Source: Camelus ferus
Lineage: Eukaryota
Assembly: GCF_009834535.1 (NCBI RefSeq)
Contig: NC_045707.1
Span: 63,924,001 to 63,988,000 of the forward strand
Reading direction: 5' to 3'
DNA length: 64,000 nucleotides
In this document: in pieces, positions 22,394-35,275 of the stretch
Layout: each line of letters begins with the position of its first letter
Numbering within the stretch: position 1 is the stretch's first letter
Made by a program: the position numbers and the translations under genes
Notes under the pieces: model-generated
Told to the model about the DNA's origin: nothing
Seen by the model: only the letters and a program-made list of their open reading frames with translations
The model's database searches: none

Positions 22394-25300
22394 TACGTTC
22401 TGAAATCTTGATGTTCTGCTGCAGCTTATCAACTAAAGGTTGGACACCATGCAGGGAATGAATGCTACCTAATACCATGTAAAATAGAAATAAAACAGAA
22501 CTGCATGTTCACTGTGAATACAGTTCTGTAATATCAATGTAGCCTATGTGAGGAAGAGCTGGAAGGTAACAGGCAAAAAAAAAAATCAATTTTATGTCAG
22601 GCTATGTCAAAAAAAAAAAGCTTATTTTCTTACCTTCTCTCTAAAGTTTTCCCCCTAATGTTTTCATGCATACAAGCTTAATTTTACAGTTTTTCTCTTT
22701 GAAAAGAAACATTTTGCCAATCTGCTACACACTCCTAAAAGGAATTTTTGATTTATAGATGGCACTACAGTAGGGATTAGGGATTCTATGAGGTCATTCT
22801 TGCTATTGTTTTTCTAGAAAATAGTCCTTTACATATACCTTGCAATATGCTACCTTGGCAGTGTATCACACACACATATCTTTGTTTGAGAATGTCTTTG
22901 ATGAGCCATTAACTACAAGGAAGAAAGCGTTAGTCAAAAGATAAGCCATTGATCTTGGCTAATTCCCCATCCTGAGATGACTGTAATATTGTCAATTATT
23001 AACACAGATGACTCGAGGGAAAAAAAAGCAAAGGTGTCAAGAATGTTGCAGCTGCAGGTATGATGCAGCTTACGGGGACCTTTTCAATAAATAGAATTAT
23101 GAAGCACAGCATTTAACATTACTATTTTATATTTGGATGAGCACTTTGCTTCGTAAGTTTTAAAGAAACGACCAACCCTCTTGTATATACATTTGTACAT
23201 TTCGTGAGACCATCTTGAACAATTCCTGAAGAGTCAAATGAGCTCAGTGATTTAGTTCATCTAAAAAGTTTTAAGTAATGAAAGCAGTTCCAATTGCTTT
23301 CTTACCTTGGCTATGAAAAGAAAAGCCTGTAGTTCCAAGCTTGTATATAATACAATTCGACCAAGTCCCTAAAGTCTTTGTTGTGGTGAAATTTTACTGC
23401 TTGGAATTTTTATTGCATTGGAACCAGTGGATCATTGGGATTGAATCTGTCAGATCATTTACAGTCATACTATTGGGATAGACTTTTATCTACATGAACT
23501 CTTATAGATTGAATTCATGTTGATTTATATGAATTCTTCATAATAACATGAGTCATCTTTATGATTACTATGGGTTTTTTTTTAATATTTATGAAGTGAT
23601 GACAATGTGAAATCCTTCTAATGAAATTTCCCATCTATAATCTAGGAAGACAGTAAGCATATGAATTCATATAAACAGCATGATTATATAGGAATTTCTG
23701 TTTCTATATTTCTATTCTCTATCTTATTTATTGGTAAACTTAAACTAGGAAGACAACGATTCCTTTAGACTTACCTCTGAAAAGGTAAAAAAAAGTTTTT
23801 TCCATCTCTGCAGCTTGGGGAGAAATAAAGTCCACAGGTTCACTGACGGGCAGTCATTTAGAGGCTAGCTGGCTGGCCTGACTAGTGTCTAAGAACCAAA
23901 CCTCTCTGGCATCGTTGGGAAGTAAAGGACTCCAATGAGAAATACACTTGACAGTCCATTTACACATGAAGTGGCTCAGTTTCTCAGAGGTTACTGCTGT
24001 GGATTTTTTTTTAGCAGGGAGAGGATCTACAGCCAAAGGAACATGAGCACCAACAGCTTCAGTTTTGCTTTTCTCCAGAGAAAACAAAGACCTCCTTTTT
24101 GTCAGGGGTGCCATGAGTCTCCCAGCTACCACCAGGGTGTGAAATCTGGGGATCATTTTTGAATCTTCCATTGCTCTCCAGCCAATCATTCACCAAGGTA
24201 TCTCCATTTATCTTCAGCTCCAAGACTGTCCGCTTCCACTGTCTAGTTGTCTCTTATCTCTTGACACCTGCATTACTGTGACAGACTCTTAGCTGGCCCT
24301 TTTGTCTCTGATCCCTTATCTCTTCAATTACGCGGTAGGCTGCTGCCAGATTAATCTCCCTAAAACCGCGCTCTGTCAAGCCCGTTAGGAATCCACACTT
24401 CTTCCATATTCCCATTCCTTTCAAACCCAAATTTTCCATTCTGATATTCAAAGCTTATCCACCTTATCTAGCCAAACTTCTCTCTTCTTTCTGGGTCCCA
24501 GTCAAATCCTGTTTGTAGCAACTTCCCACGGTACTTCTGAGCCTTGTGTTTGTGAATATCTCCTAACTCCTGCCTACCCAAATCTCAACAACACTGAGAA
24601 TTAACATTAAGGTCTTCTCTGAACTCTACTCTTGAAGTGGGGCATCCTCAGCTAGGACAATGGGAAAGCTAAATCTTGTAGCTTGATCAACTTCAAAATC
24701 CCTGAAGAAAACACTGGGACCCAACTTCCAGCTCAGGAAAGGCAGGTAGGAAAAACCAAGGTCCAAAGACAAGAGTTGGGAGCCAGAGAGATGGGTGAAT
24801 GCAGGCTGCAGCCCAACTGGGGGATGTTAACTCACCCTGAGCAGCTGTTAAGAACATCACTTAGAGTCTGAAGTTTCAGTTCAGTTCAGCAAGTGTTTCT
24901 TGGGTGCTTTTTTTGCAGGTGCTGTGCCTGGTGCTGGAGACTTAGCAGTAAACCAGGCAGACAAGGTTCCAACTATTATGGGGCCTCAATCAAATCATTA
25001 CAATGAGGCGTTAAGTGACAGGAAATGCATGGCAGAAGGACCTAACCTAAATTTCACTTTTCTTTGAGACCCAGATTTGGATTTTAAGCTGCCCACGTGA
25101 CATTGCTACTTAGCAGTTCCCCCTCAAACACACATGTTCAACACCAAACTTGTTATCTCCCTAAATGTAGTCCTCACCCGCATTTCTTATCTCGGTGATG
25201 GGCTCCAACAAGCATGTGGTTATGTAAACAAGGAACTTAAGAATCATCCTCCACACCCCTTTCTCCTTCATTCTTCATAGCTGATTCATTACCAAACACT

Positions 25301-25449
25301 GGTCATTTCATTGAAATATTTCTCAAATCCATTTCCCTTTCTCCAACTCCACTGCCCCCCATCCTGACAAAATTCTCCTCTCTCTCTTAGACTATCTCAG
25401 TAACACAGACCCAAACATGTAACACGGATCTGAACACTTTCCAGCTCAA

Positions 25450-26200
25450 AGTCCTCCTACATTGTTTGTGGGAATGTAATTTGGTGCAGCCACTATAGAA
25501 AACAGTAGAGAGTCTCCTTAAAAAAACTAAAAAAGGAGTTACCATATGATCTAGCAATCCTACTCCTGGGCATATATCCGGAGAAAACTCTAATTTGAAA
25601 AGGTACATGCACTCTCAATGTTCATAGCAGCATTGTTTATAAGAGTGAAGACATGGAAGCAACATAAATGTCCACTGACAGGTGATTGGATAAAGTTGTG
25701 GTGTACATAGACATACAATGGAATACTACTCAGCCATAAAAAAGAATGAAATAATGCCATTCGCAGCAACATGGACTGACCTACAGATTACCATACTAAG
25801 TGAAGTAAGTCAGATAGAGAAAGACAAATATCATATGATATCACTTATATGTGGACTCTAAAAAAATGACATACATGAACTTATTTACAAAACAGAAATA
25901 GACTCACAGACATAGAAAACAAACTTTTGGGTACCAAAGGGGAAGGGGGGAGGGTTAAATTAGGAATTTGGGATTAGCAGATACAAACTACTGTACATAA
26001 AATAGATAAACAACAAGGACCTACTGTCTAGCACAAGGAACTACATTCAGTATCTTGTAATAACCTACAATGAAAAGAAAATGAAAAAGAATATATACAT
26101 ATGTATAACTGAATCACTAGGCTGTACACCAGAAACCAACACACTGCAAATCAACTAAACTTCAATAAAAAGAATTTTAAAAAAAGAAGTAAAAGAAAAG
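25450..26200 (+). mobile_element. 5'-truncated L1 3' end
   Basis: Typical ORF2-end sequence (aatggaatactactcagccataaaaaagaatgaa); AATAAA followed by an A-rich tail. Confidence 0.93.
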
Positions 26201-27249
26201 AATTTTCTCCTAATGTTTAAATGGGGGGAAAGGGCACAAGACAAAACTCCTCCACGTAACAATTCACTGTGTGCTGGTTTGCACGTGGTTTGTGAAATGA
26301 ACTCTGAACAGTGCAACAGACAAAACCCTTGGCCTCTAGAACTTCTCAGTCCACCTCCTCCCCAAGATGTTCCTAATATGCCGACACTTTTGTGAAAAAA
26401 CAAAATAAACCAAAACCATGGTGTATTTTTCTTATGTAGGCTTAAAACTTCTCTTTCTGGAGACCATTTTAGTGGAAGGAATAATGTCACGAATACTAAA
26501 ACCATTGTTTTGTTTGTTTTTTTAAAAACTCTTTTGATCTTTTAATCTTATCCTCTTGGTTACCTCCCTTTGCCTTCTTTCTGTCTGCTTACACCTCCTT
26601 GTCTTCTGTTACTTCCTTCCCATTCTTTGTCCTGGGTCTGAAACCCAATAGGTGCCTGGATATGAACAGGAGAGAGCTGCTGCTGGTTCCAGGCTTGCCT
26701 TACCCTCTGCTCAGCACTGTGAGCCCAACTTCTTCCTCCTCCCCACTCCCCTCCTCTTGCCGGCTCTCTTTTTGGACTATTATTAGCAAAATCCTACCAC
26801 GAAGAGTCGGGGGTGGTGGTGGGGAGTTACTGGGTCCAAGGGTGGGGTCTGTAGCACTTAAGCTGATATCACAAGAGATCATGTTCCAGGCAGGAAGGGA
26901 CACGTTCTTCTCCAGTTTTTTAAAATAACGTCTTGTACTTTAAAGATGATTATTAGCTAATTGGAGAATAGAGACAATACTGTAGCTATGTCGAATTTTC
27001 CTTTCATCTTCTACTTACCAACTCGTTATTTTTGTGATTGTGCATTTTCCACAATTAGTTTTGCTAGTGCAGACTTGGCATAAGTACTGCCATGTATTAA
27101 ATAATACTCTGGTTAACCCGACAAACAGGAATATGTCATTCTCTTTGATCATCTTGAACGTCCACTAATGACGGTGAGATGCTGGAACATCATTACTGAC
27201 TATCAACAAATGAAGCAATGATTTTTTTTTTATAGATCAATTTCTTAAC

Positions 27250-27400
27250 CTTTTTTTTTTTTTTAAATTGAGGTATAGCTGATTTGCAATATTGTGTTAG
27301 TTTCTGGGTACAGCATAGTGATTCAGTTATACAAAAGTATATTCTTTTTCATATTCTTTTTCATTATAGGTTATTACAAGCTATTGAATATAGCTCTTGG
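27250..27400 (-). mobile_element. Very short L1 3' end
   Basis: Poly(T) then the L1 terminal sequence; direct repeat tttcttaac at 27241-27249 and 27401-27409. Confidence 0.85.
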
Positions 27401-27984
27401 TTTCTTAACTGTTAATACAAAGGTATGAGGGTATGGGAGGGTTAAGTTTTGAGTTTCCATCAAATCATTGCAATCTGATCCTACTCTTCAAATGACTATA
27501 ATGCCAAAAGTTTCTTGGTGAAATACAACTCACTGTGAATTCTGATTACATTTCCTACTCCTTTCCAGAAAACAGAAAGGAAATTAAGTTATATTTGATT
27601 ACATTACAGAAAGTCCAGCTGGTGTCTGGGCCATCACTGCCATGTCAGAAACCTCATGTACGTGTTGCACAGGGGCAGGCTCTGGGCTCCTGGGCTCCAG
27701 GGCTCCAGCACGTGGACTTGCCCTCTTATTCTTTAGCTGAGCAATTTGAAAGCATCAGGAGAGACTTCAAAGAACACAAATGTACCTCTATGTTTTCATC
27801 GTGAACAAAGCAAACTATCAGTTGTTCACACGGAATCAATGAAAATTACATCCCTTGAAACATGAGTACAATCTGTTTCTTCCTCCCAGCAAGGTTACCA
27901 GCTTCAACATATCAAGTTTCTTAAAGTTGATTCAATGAGGTCAAGTCTCCATGGTTGGAGCAAAGTACCCCGATGACCTGTTCC

Positions 27985-28170
27985 TGTGGTTCTCAACCAC
28001 CTTGTTCATGCCACGGACACTAAAAACTTCTCAAATGCACTGTGAATACAGATCCCTGAGGATTTTGCTAAAGTGGAGCTTTTAATTAAGTAAGACAGAG
28101 ATGAAGCCCATGGTTCTGCATATCTTGGGAGCTGCTGCTCCTGCTGGTCCAAGGACACATTTGCATAGCA
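27985..28170. mobile_element. MER5-like element (further degraded copies at about 1455-1578, 28450-28570, 40330-40455, 40880-40990, 52520-52705)
   Basis: gtggttctcaac start and ctgctggtccaaggacaca end motif. Confidence 0.6.
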
Positions 28171-30414
28171 GGGTAACATAGCACGTGGCCCCCTAACTCT
28201 GCCTGCCCCAGGTTGTCAGTAGAATTAACCCGCAGTTGTGAGCTCCTTCAGTGAAGCACAGACAACCCCTTACTTTTGTTTCGTATTCTAGATACATTAG
28301 TTCATAGTTGAATGCAAAATACGGACTTTAAAAAAATAATTATTTTCACGTTTGAAAAGAGTTCAGGAACATAATGCAGATCTTCTGAAGGAATGCCATA
28401 GGACACTAATTTTCCCAATCTTCATTTAAAAAGCACTTAACTATTATAATTAAACCAGTCAGAAAACAATGATGCTTGATTCTCCCAGATTCTGATTTTA
28501 ATTGGTCTGGGGGTGCAGCCTAGGCTTCAGGACTCTCCAGCTGATTCTTTGCAGCCTGGTTGAGAAGCCCCCCTCTTTAGGAGTTGCAAAGCCAGGCACT
28601 CATGGGGTGGCGCACTTCCAGCCCCTGTGGAATTCGGAGTGCTTCTTAGAGACTGAAAGTATAATACAAGGAGAAGAATAAGTGGAGAAACACAGAGTGA
28701 ATTCAAGAGAGAGGAAAAGGAGAAACCATTAGAGAAAGGTGGAGGTCTGAGGGTTGACCGTAGTCTGAGAAGACCTGGTAGGCAGCTGACTGGAAGCCTC
28801 CCAGGTGTCACGGATGAGACAGGTGTCGCCCTCTTTGTTACTTGTTTTGATATGACAGTAGCATGAAGGCTGAAATACGCATGGAAATGAACGGACGGGG
28901 GATAAGGACGCACGTTTGTAATGGCCATTAGACTCAAAACTGTTTTCATTTCTGGAACTGCCTGAAGGAAGCATGAGAAACACTACTACACACCTTGAAT
29001 CTGGGACAACAGGAAAACTTTCAAAGGACTCGCAGGAGCCCAAACCTCCAGACAGGGAGGGGACTCCTTTGGTTGGTACTATACTGTGTCTGTGTGGTTG
29101 GTGGTTTGTAATGCTTTCTCTGTCAAATCTTTATGCGTGGATCACAGTAGCACCAAAAAAAATGTAAGTGAGACAAAGAGTCAAAGCCGCACACACTGCC
29201 AACATTCAACACCTCCCATGGGTCTTCTGGTCAAAGGGACCCCAGACAAACGTTAGGTAACCAGGTGACACAATCCAGCAAGCGGGTTGGGGTGGGGGTG
29301 ACGATCTATCTAGATGCCTCGGCTTGAATTTGATAAACGTCCTACTAGAAAGTTAACCCTTGGCTTCTTCACAGGGAACACATACTAAGGTTTCAAACGC
29401 AATTGTTTTTGTGAACCAGACACCACATGCAAGAGAAACCTGGTGAACAGTAAATATCTAGACTGTAAGAAACTAAATCTCAACACCTTTATCAGAGAGG
29501 CACCACCCAGTTTGAGGGAACAAAAGACTCGTGGTTTTCTCTTCCTCAAAGAGTTCACTGCCGTGTGTGTTCTGTTTGTGATCTTCTTTCAGCTGATAGT
29601 GGCTTTTGGTTACAAACCCTTATCCCTCCATCTTCTGCCTGCCTCACAGCTGTTTGAGGCTCCACTGGCCACCGCTAGGATCTCGCTTTTCCATTCAGCT
29701 CCTGGACCTCGAGCCCTGACACCCATAACCCAACTTGGGAGTGTTTTGCTGCTCCGGCTGCTTCTCTCCTTCAGGAAGAGAAGGCTCATTCAACAAAGGA
29801 GGAGTGATATTGGGATGTCATGAAGGTGCTCCTGGAACTGCCAGCAGCCCTGTCTGCTGCCACAAAGGGGCTCTTGTGGGCTTGTTTATCTACAGGCTGG
29901 TGAAGACCTAGGAAGTCACTTTGTTTGGAGCAAAAAGCTTAAAATGGTCTCAAGCACAGATCTGCTTTCATTAAAAAAGAAAAAAAAAAAAAGATCAAAG
30001 AAAGAAAGAATCATCTCCAGAGCTCACGTTTCCTCCTTCTCTTGTGTCACCTCCATAAAAGGCATTCAGTGAACTATATGTAATTATTAACTGACGGATT
30101 CCTTACAGTGATTTCCAATTAGAGTCTGCAATATTCATTTGCCTTTTTTTTTTTTAAATGCATGTGTCGCCCTCATCATTCTAGACCAGAAATCAGTATT
30201 TTGTTTGACAGATGAGGACCTCGAGGGTGAGGAAGATGAAAGCATATTATCACACATGTGCAGACTGGAAATCGTGCAATATGTTATAAACACTTACACA
30301 TTCTGATGAGATGAAGATTTATCATCGAGTACGCAAGGCAGTCTTGCCAAATAATCGCTGTAGACAACCTCTTACAATTTGGGGATTCAGAGTAGGGAAC
30401 CCCGGCTCCACTGC

Positions 30415-30451
30415 TGTGTGTGTGTGTGTCTGTGTCTGTGTGTGGTGTGTG
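30415..30451. repeat. Interrupted (TG)n microsatellite
   Basis: Seen directly in the sequence. Confidence 0.85.
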
Positions 30452-31096
30452 AGCCTGAGGTAGGTGTGTCTCTGCAGGACTGTTTGTGAATGTGTTCGTA
30501 CGTCTGTGCGTGGTGATGGGGAGCTCCTGGTTTGTAGACCTGCCCAGTACGACTTTAAGACACATGGTTATATCTTAGCTTACTGATATGAGAACCCCTG
30601 ATGTACATATAGAACTTAATAAAAAAAAAATTAAGACTTTATCTGACTCAGCAAAACTGCATTACAAGGCAACTCAGATAATCTAAAAACAAAATAAACT
30701 GAAATAGCCAAGAAGTCCAGATTTTGACTCATTTTTGTAGATAAAAGGAGAAAGTATTATCCCTGATTTGAATTCAGGAACTAAAACACGGTACAGGGGG
30801 ATGCAGGGCAAGATCCTGGATGTTTTGTCTGGTGATACCAACATATCCCAGAGGCTTTTCACTGCAGGTTGTCTGATGAAGTCTCTGCCCTGAAACCCCA
30901 AACTTCAACACTGGTCTCTCCTATATGTGCTGTTTAGTGAGCATGCAAAGAATTGTTGCTCTAATGGAAACTCTCGCTCTCAATGTATTTAGCTCTGGCC
31001 CCCAACCAAGGAGTTTACTATAATGGTCATTTGGACATTTCAATGCTTCTTCCCAAATTACTCCTGAGAACAGTTTGCAATTTCAAGTATACTTAC

Positions 31097-31168
31097 AGGG
31101 ACTGAAGGCTTCGCAAATTCTGTAGAGCTTCTGTGGGCACCTGTCTTAGGTGATTATTCTGCAGCATA
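31097..31168 (-). CDS. LGR5: LGR5 exon 4 (72 nt): MLQNNHLRQVPTEALQNLRSLQS
   Basis: Acceptor cag and donor gtaagt; manual translation. Confidence 0.97.
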
Positions 31169-31199
31169 CTGCATATTAAAACAGATGAAGAAAAATGTT

Positions 31200-31975
31200 A
31201 AAAAAAAGTTAATAATGAACAATTACTGGCACAGCAATGTTAAGCACTGTTCTAGGTGTCAGGGAAACAGCAGAGCATTAGACAAAACCTTGGCCTGTGG
31301 GGTGCTTGAATTCCTGTGGGGAATGGTAGATAACTAAAAATTAACAAATGAATATATAATAGGAGACAACTATGAATAGAAAACGAAACATGGATTTGGG
31401 GTAGATGGTAATGAGAGGTAAGAATTTTATTTTAAAGGTGGTCAGAGAAGGTCTCTCTTAGAAGGTGATATTTGAGTAAAGACCAGAATGGTGTCATGGA
31501 GGGAAACATGTGAACGTCTGGGAAGTTACTGAAGAAGAGGGAAGAGCAGGTGCAAAGGCCCTGAGGCTGGAGCTTGCTTGAATTGTTAAAGGCAGCAAAG
31601 GATCAATTGTGACTGAGGAGGAATAAGTGAGAACAAGAGACTGGAAGACAACCTAAAGCCATCTCATGGAGGACTTGCAGGCTGTAAGTGTGGTGAGAAA
31701 CTCTTGTCAAAGGGGTTAAGCAGGGACATGACTGGATCCTATTTATGTTTTATAAAGGCTCACTGATGGGGACAATTCGATTAGACAAAATGGAAATAAG
31801 GGATAACAGTAGGAAGCTATTACATCTGCTAGCCAAGGAGAGAGGACTCAGAAGATATCAAACCTATGGACACCTTGATCTTGAACTTCCAGCCTTCAGA
31901 ACTGTAGGAAAATAAATTCCTGTTATTTAAGCCAAAAAAAAAAAAAAAAAAAAGAGTAGGAGGCTATTAAAGATC
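31200..31975 (-). mobile_element. L2 relic directly upstream of the exon 4 acceptor
   Basis: gcactgttctaggtg, ggtggtcagagaagg and tgcaaaggccctgagg motifs. Confidence 0.75.
31823..31954 (+). mobile_element. Polyadenylated MLT1 (MaLR) LTR fragment retroposed into an L2 relic
   Basis: MLT1-like U3/R sequence; AATAAA at 31911-31916; A20 at 31934-31953; TSD agtaggaRgctatta at 31808-31822 and 31955-31969. Confidence 0.85.
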
Positions 31976-32859
31976 GTCTCCCTTCAAAATATAGCCAAAT
32001 ATGTGTGGTCATATTTTGCTATAAATTAAATTCTTTTTGTGAAGTATTGCACTTTTGCTCACCTGGGGTTCAACAATTCTTTTCAGACCATGGGGACTAC
32101 AGAGTGGAAAAAACTGGCAGCAATGAAATTAAAATACATCACTGCTAGCGGGAAGTAGTATGGAAAAAAATTCCCATTCGCTTTCTTGTATTTTGCCACT
32201 TATTCATAAAAGTGTACAACATCCTAATTTTGCTGCTACTCCCCTCAACCCCCAACCAGTATTTCATGGTCTACGTAAGCCAGAGTCAGAAGACTATTTT
32301 AGGAAAGCAGACAGTTTTTAAAAGACAGTTAAAAATATTTCTGCTTATTAGGTTACAAATTTATGCTTGGATTTCAGAAACAATTTGCCTGGTTCTCTCA
32401 TCTCCACAATTGAAGCTTTTGCATTAGTGGACTCGCTGGGATTCAGCACCAGGTACGTCTAACTCCCAAGCTTGGTGGACTTTCCACTGAGCCTTGCAGC
32501 ATCCTGTGGCAGAGTGAAGTGGGCAATTCTCAGGTTGTACGGTATGATTAAAAGCGTGGGTTCTGGAATCTGACTAGCTCTTCCCTGCCAGTAGCCCCGT
32601 GGCCTCAGGGAAATCAGTCAATCTCTCCACGTCTCAGTGACCAGTAATAATACCCACCTGCCCAGGGCTTATTGTGACGATCTAATGAGTGAAAGTGCAC
32701 AGAACAACACCTGCTGCCTGGTGAGCATTCAATAAAAATTGGCCCTTCTAGTATGAACTTATAAACCTCTCTTCAAGACTAATGACATATGGAGACTGTA
32801 CTGGATATGACATTATAACGAATGGGAAAATAAAATCGGCAAAAAATGCAACTCTGTGC

Positions 32860-33032
32860 CAGAGGTTCTCAGACTTTAGGGTTCATCAGAATCCACTGGA
32901 AGGCTTGTTAAAAATCTTGTTTGCTGGGCTCTCTGCCGCTAAAGTAGGGGGGGCCAGAGAACTTGCATTCCTAACAAATTCCCAGGTGATGTCAGTGTTA
33001 GTGGGCAGGCACCACACACTGAGAACCACCCT
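32860..33032. mobile_element. MER5A-like hAT-Charlie element
   Basis: cagaggttctca...tgagaaccac ends; ttgcattcctaacaaattcccaggtgatg. Confidence 0.78.
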
Positions 33033-35208
33033 GGGCCATGCTAAGTATTTCTAAGAGTGTTTTCACCTGAACTTGAGGCTACATTGAACTTGGAGATAAG
33101 GCCTAAGTTTCGACCTTGGCAAGCAAACCGTTTAATCTCCTTGGCCCTTGGTCTTTTATCTGCATAATGGGAGTAGAATAATATCATTTGATTGATAAGG
33201 TGTTTGAGGATTAAAATATGAATATGCATTTATTACATGTTCAGATATGCAAATGTGAGCTCATATACAAATAAGATGTGAAAAATACTTGGAGATCATA
33301 AAATTTATGCTTTTCACACCTTGGCTGAGATTCTGTTTTCAAAGGAGTATAATTCTGTCACTTGTAATCCAATGGTTTTACACAAGTAATTTCATTATGT
33401 TAAACTTGGATTCAATTAACATTTCATAAATCCAGTGTCTCAGAATATATTGGTTCCTTATGAACACAGTTAACTTTAAAGGAGACCTCTCACTTCAATT
33501 ACTGGTTAGGGAATTGGGAAAATTATAGCCTGAATTTCATATTTTACATAATTTATTATTAAATATTATCAAATTATTAAATAATATCTAAATATTAAAC
33601 GTTCACATTTCCATGTTATTTTATACTTTTCCAAGCAGTTTTAATATATAATTTTAACTTGACAAAAATGTTTTCTAAGTCATTCATTAGTTGTGTGATC
33701 AATTTAAATGATAAGATACAGATAATGGACTTAATTGATGTCTAAACTTTGTAGGTGATATATTACTGGTTCATAGCGTGTGTTGAATTGTCCTCTTGTG
33801 CTTTGCTAACCAAACAGTGAGGCTCTTATAATGTGGTCTTCCTAAAATATTGGAAAATTGGAGTAGAGGATAAGTAGAGGATATTTAAATGGTTTCTCTT
33901 CACTGAAAAGTTGCAAACTTTCTCAGCTTTATATATCTGGCTTCAGAAAATGGAACTTAAGCTTTACTAATGATAACTTTTAAAGCTACCTCTGAGTTAC
34001 CTCCCAGCAATTTAATTTTCAACCACTTCTACCAGTAAAACACTAAAAATATAATAAAAAAAATCACTTAGGTTCTCATTGCTCCCTAAATAAAGAACTT
34101 TTGTTTAATTACTTTCAAATGACAAAACAAGAGCAAATTATCTCCATTATAGTCTTATAGGTCTCCAGTGAGTTAATTAGGAAATTCTGTTTTTGTTTAA
34201 GATAGTCCAGTGGGAGGCAAAACAATGAAAAGGTTTACAGCACTGTGGAGTGCAGTTAAACCAGAGAGCATGCACAACACGGCTGTTGATTTCATTTATA
34301 AATAACCCTTTATTCAAGGCATTGAATATAAGCAGAATGTACCACCAACTGAATGTGGTTTGGGCACTCACAATTTCCTTTCTATCATTCACATACGTAT
34401 AAGAAAAGAAAAAATGAAACACTCTCTCTAGAGACAAAGGCTGACTCCGTATTTTCTTAATTTCTTTTCCTGAGGAGCCTGAAAATATTCACTATTCCGT
34501 AAGCGTCCCTGCGCTACTCTAACAGCACCATTTTGTTTGCTTGTTTTTTACAACAGGACTAACGATCAGGTACAGTGCAGCCGCGGGAGACGACATCAGA
34601 CTGTTGAAAGGGGAGTTTGTATCGGTCAATAGCTTGATCCTTAGGTATTCCCTGTGCCTAGCTGTCCTGCGGTTAGGTCTTGGGTAGCTCTCCAGGCCGT
34701 CTTCTGGGAATGGGAGAATTCTGGCTGGCTGTGACTTCCCTGTGGTCAGCGCTATCCGTCACCTCCTCGTGGCTTTGGTTCTGGTGCTGGGCGGCCCGGG
34801 GATAAGCCAGCCCCTGACTGTATGGCCTCCCCGAGAACATGAGCCTTCGCTGAGGACAGCCTGGTTCAGAGCTCCCTTGGGTTGGGTATTTTGCAATACC
34901 AAACCTGTAGCTTATTTTTTATGAAGGCCAATATTTACAGGGGTGATCACCTTACATGACAGTGATCTTCCAGAGCTCACAGTAATAGTATTTCAGATAT
35001 AAAGCGGGCCTCACCAAAGAGGCCTGTTGCTATCTTAATTTCCCATCTTCGCAGACTGGATTCCCATTCTCTTTGTCTTTTTTTTTTACCATGTGCCCTC
35101 CTTGCCGTCCTTATACTGGTCAGAGCCCCAGACGGATATTACTTGTATATTATGTCTCTCTCACCATGCTACAATCTAATCAGTTATTTCTTTCTTCCAG
35201 TGCCTTTT

Positions 35209-35275
35209 GGACTTTATAAAACATTTGAGACAGTTTCCATGAGGATTTTATAAATATTGGAGACAGTTTCCATGT
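35209..35275. repeat. Two-copy ~33-bp tandem duplication
   Basis: ggaYtttataaa..att.gagacagtttccatg occurs twice. Confidence 0.85.
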
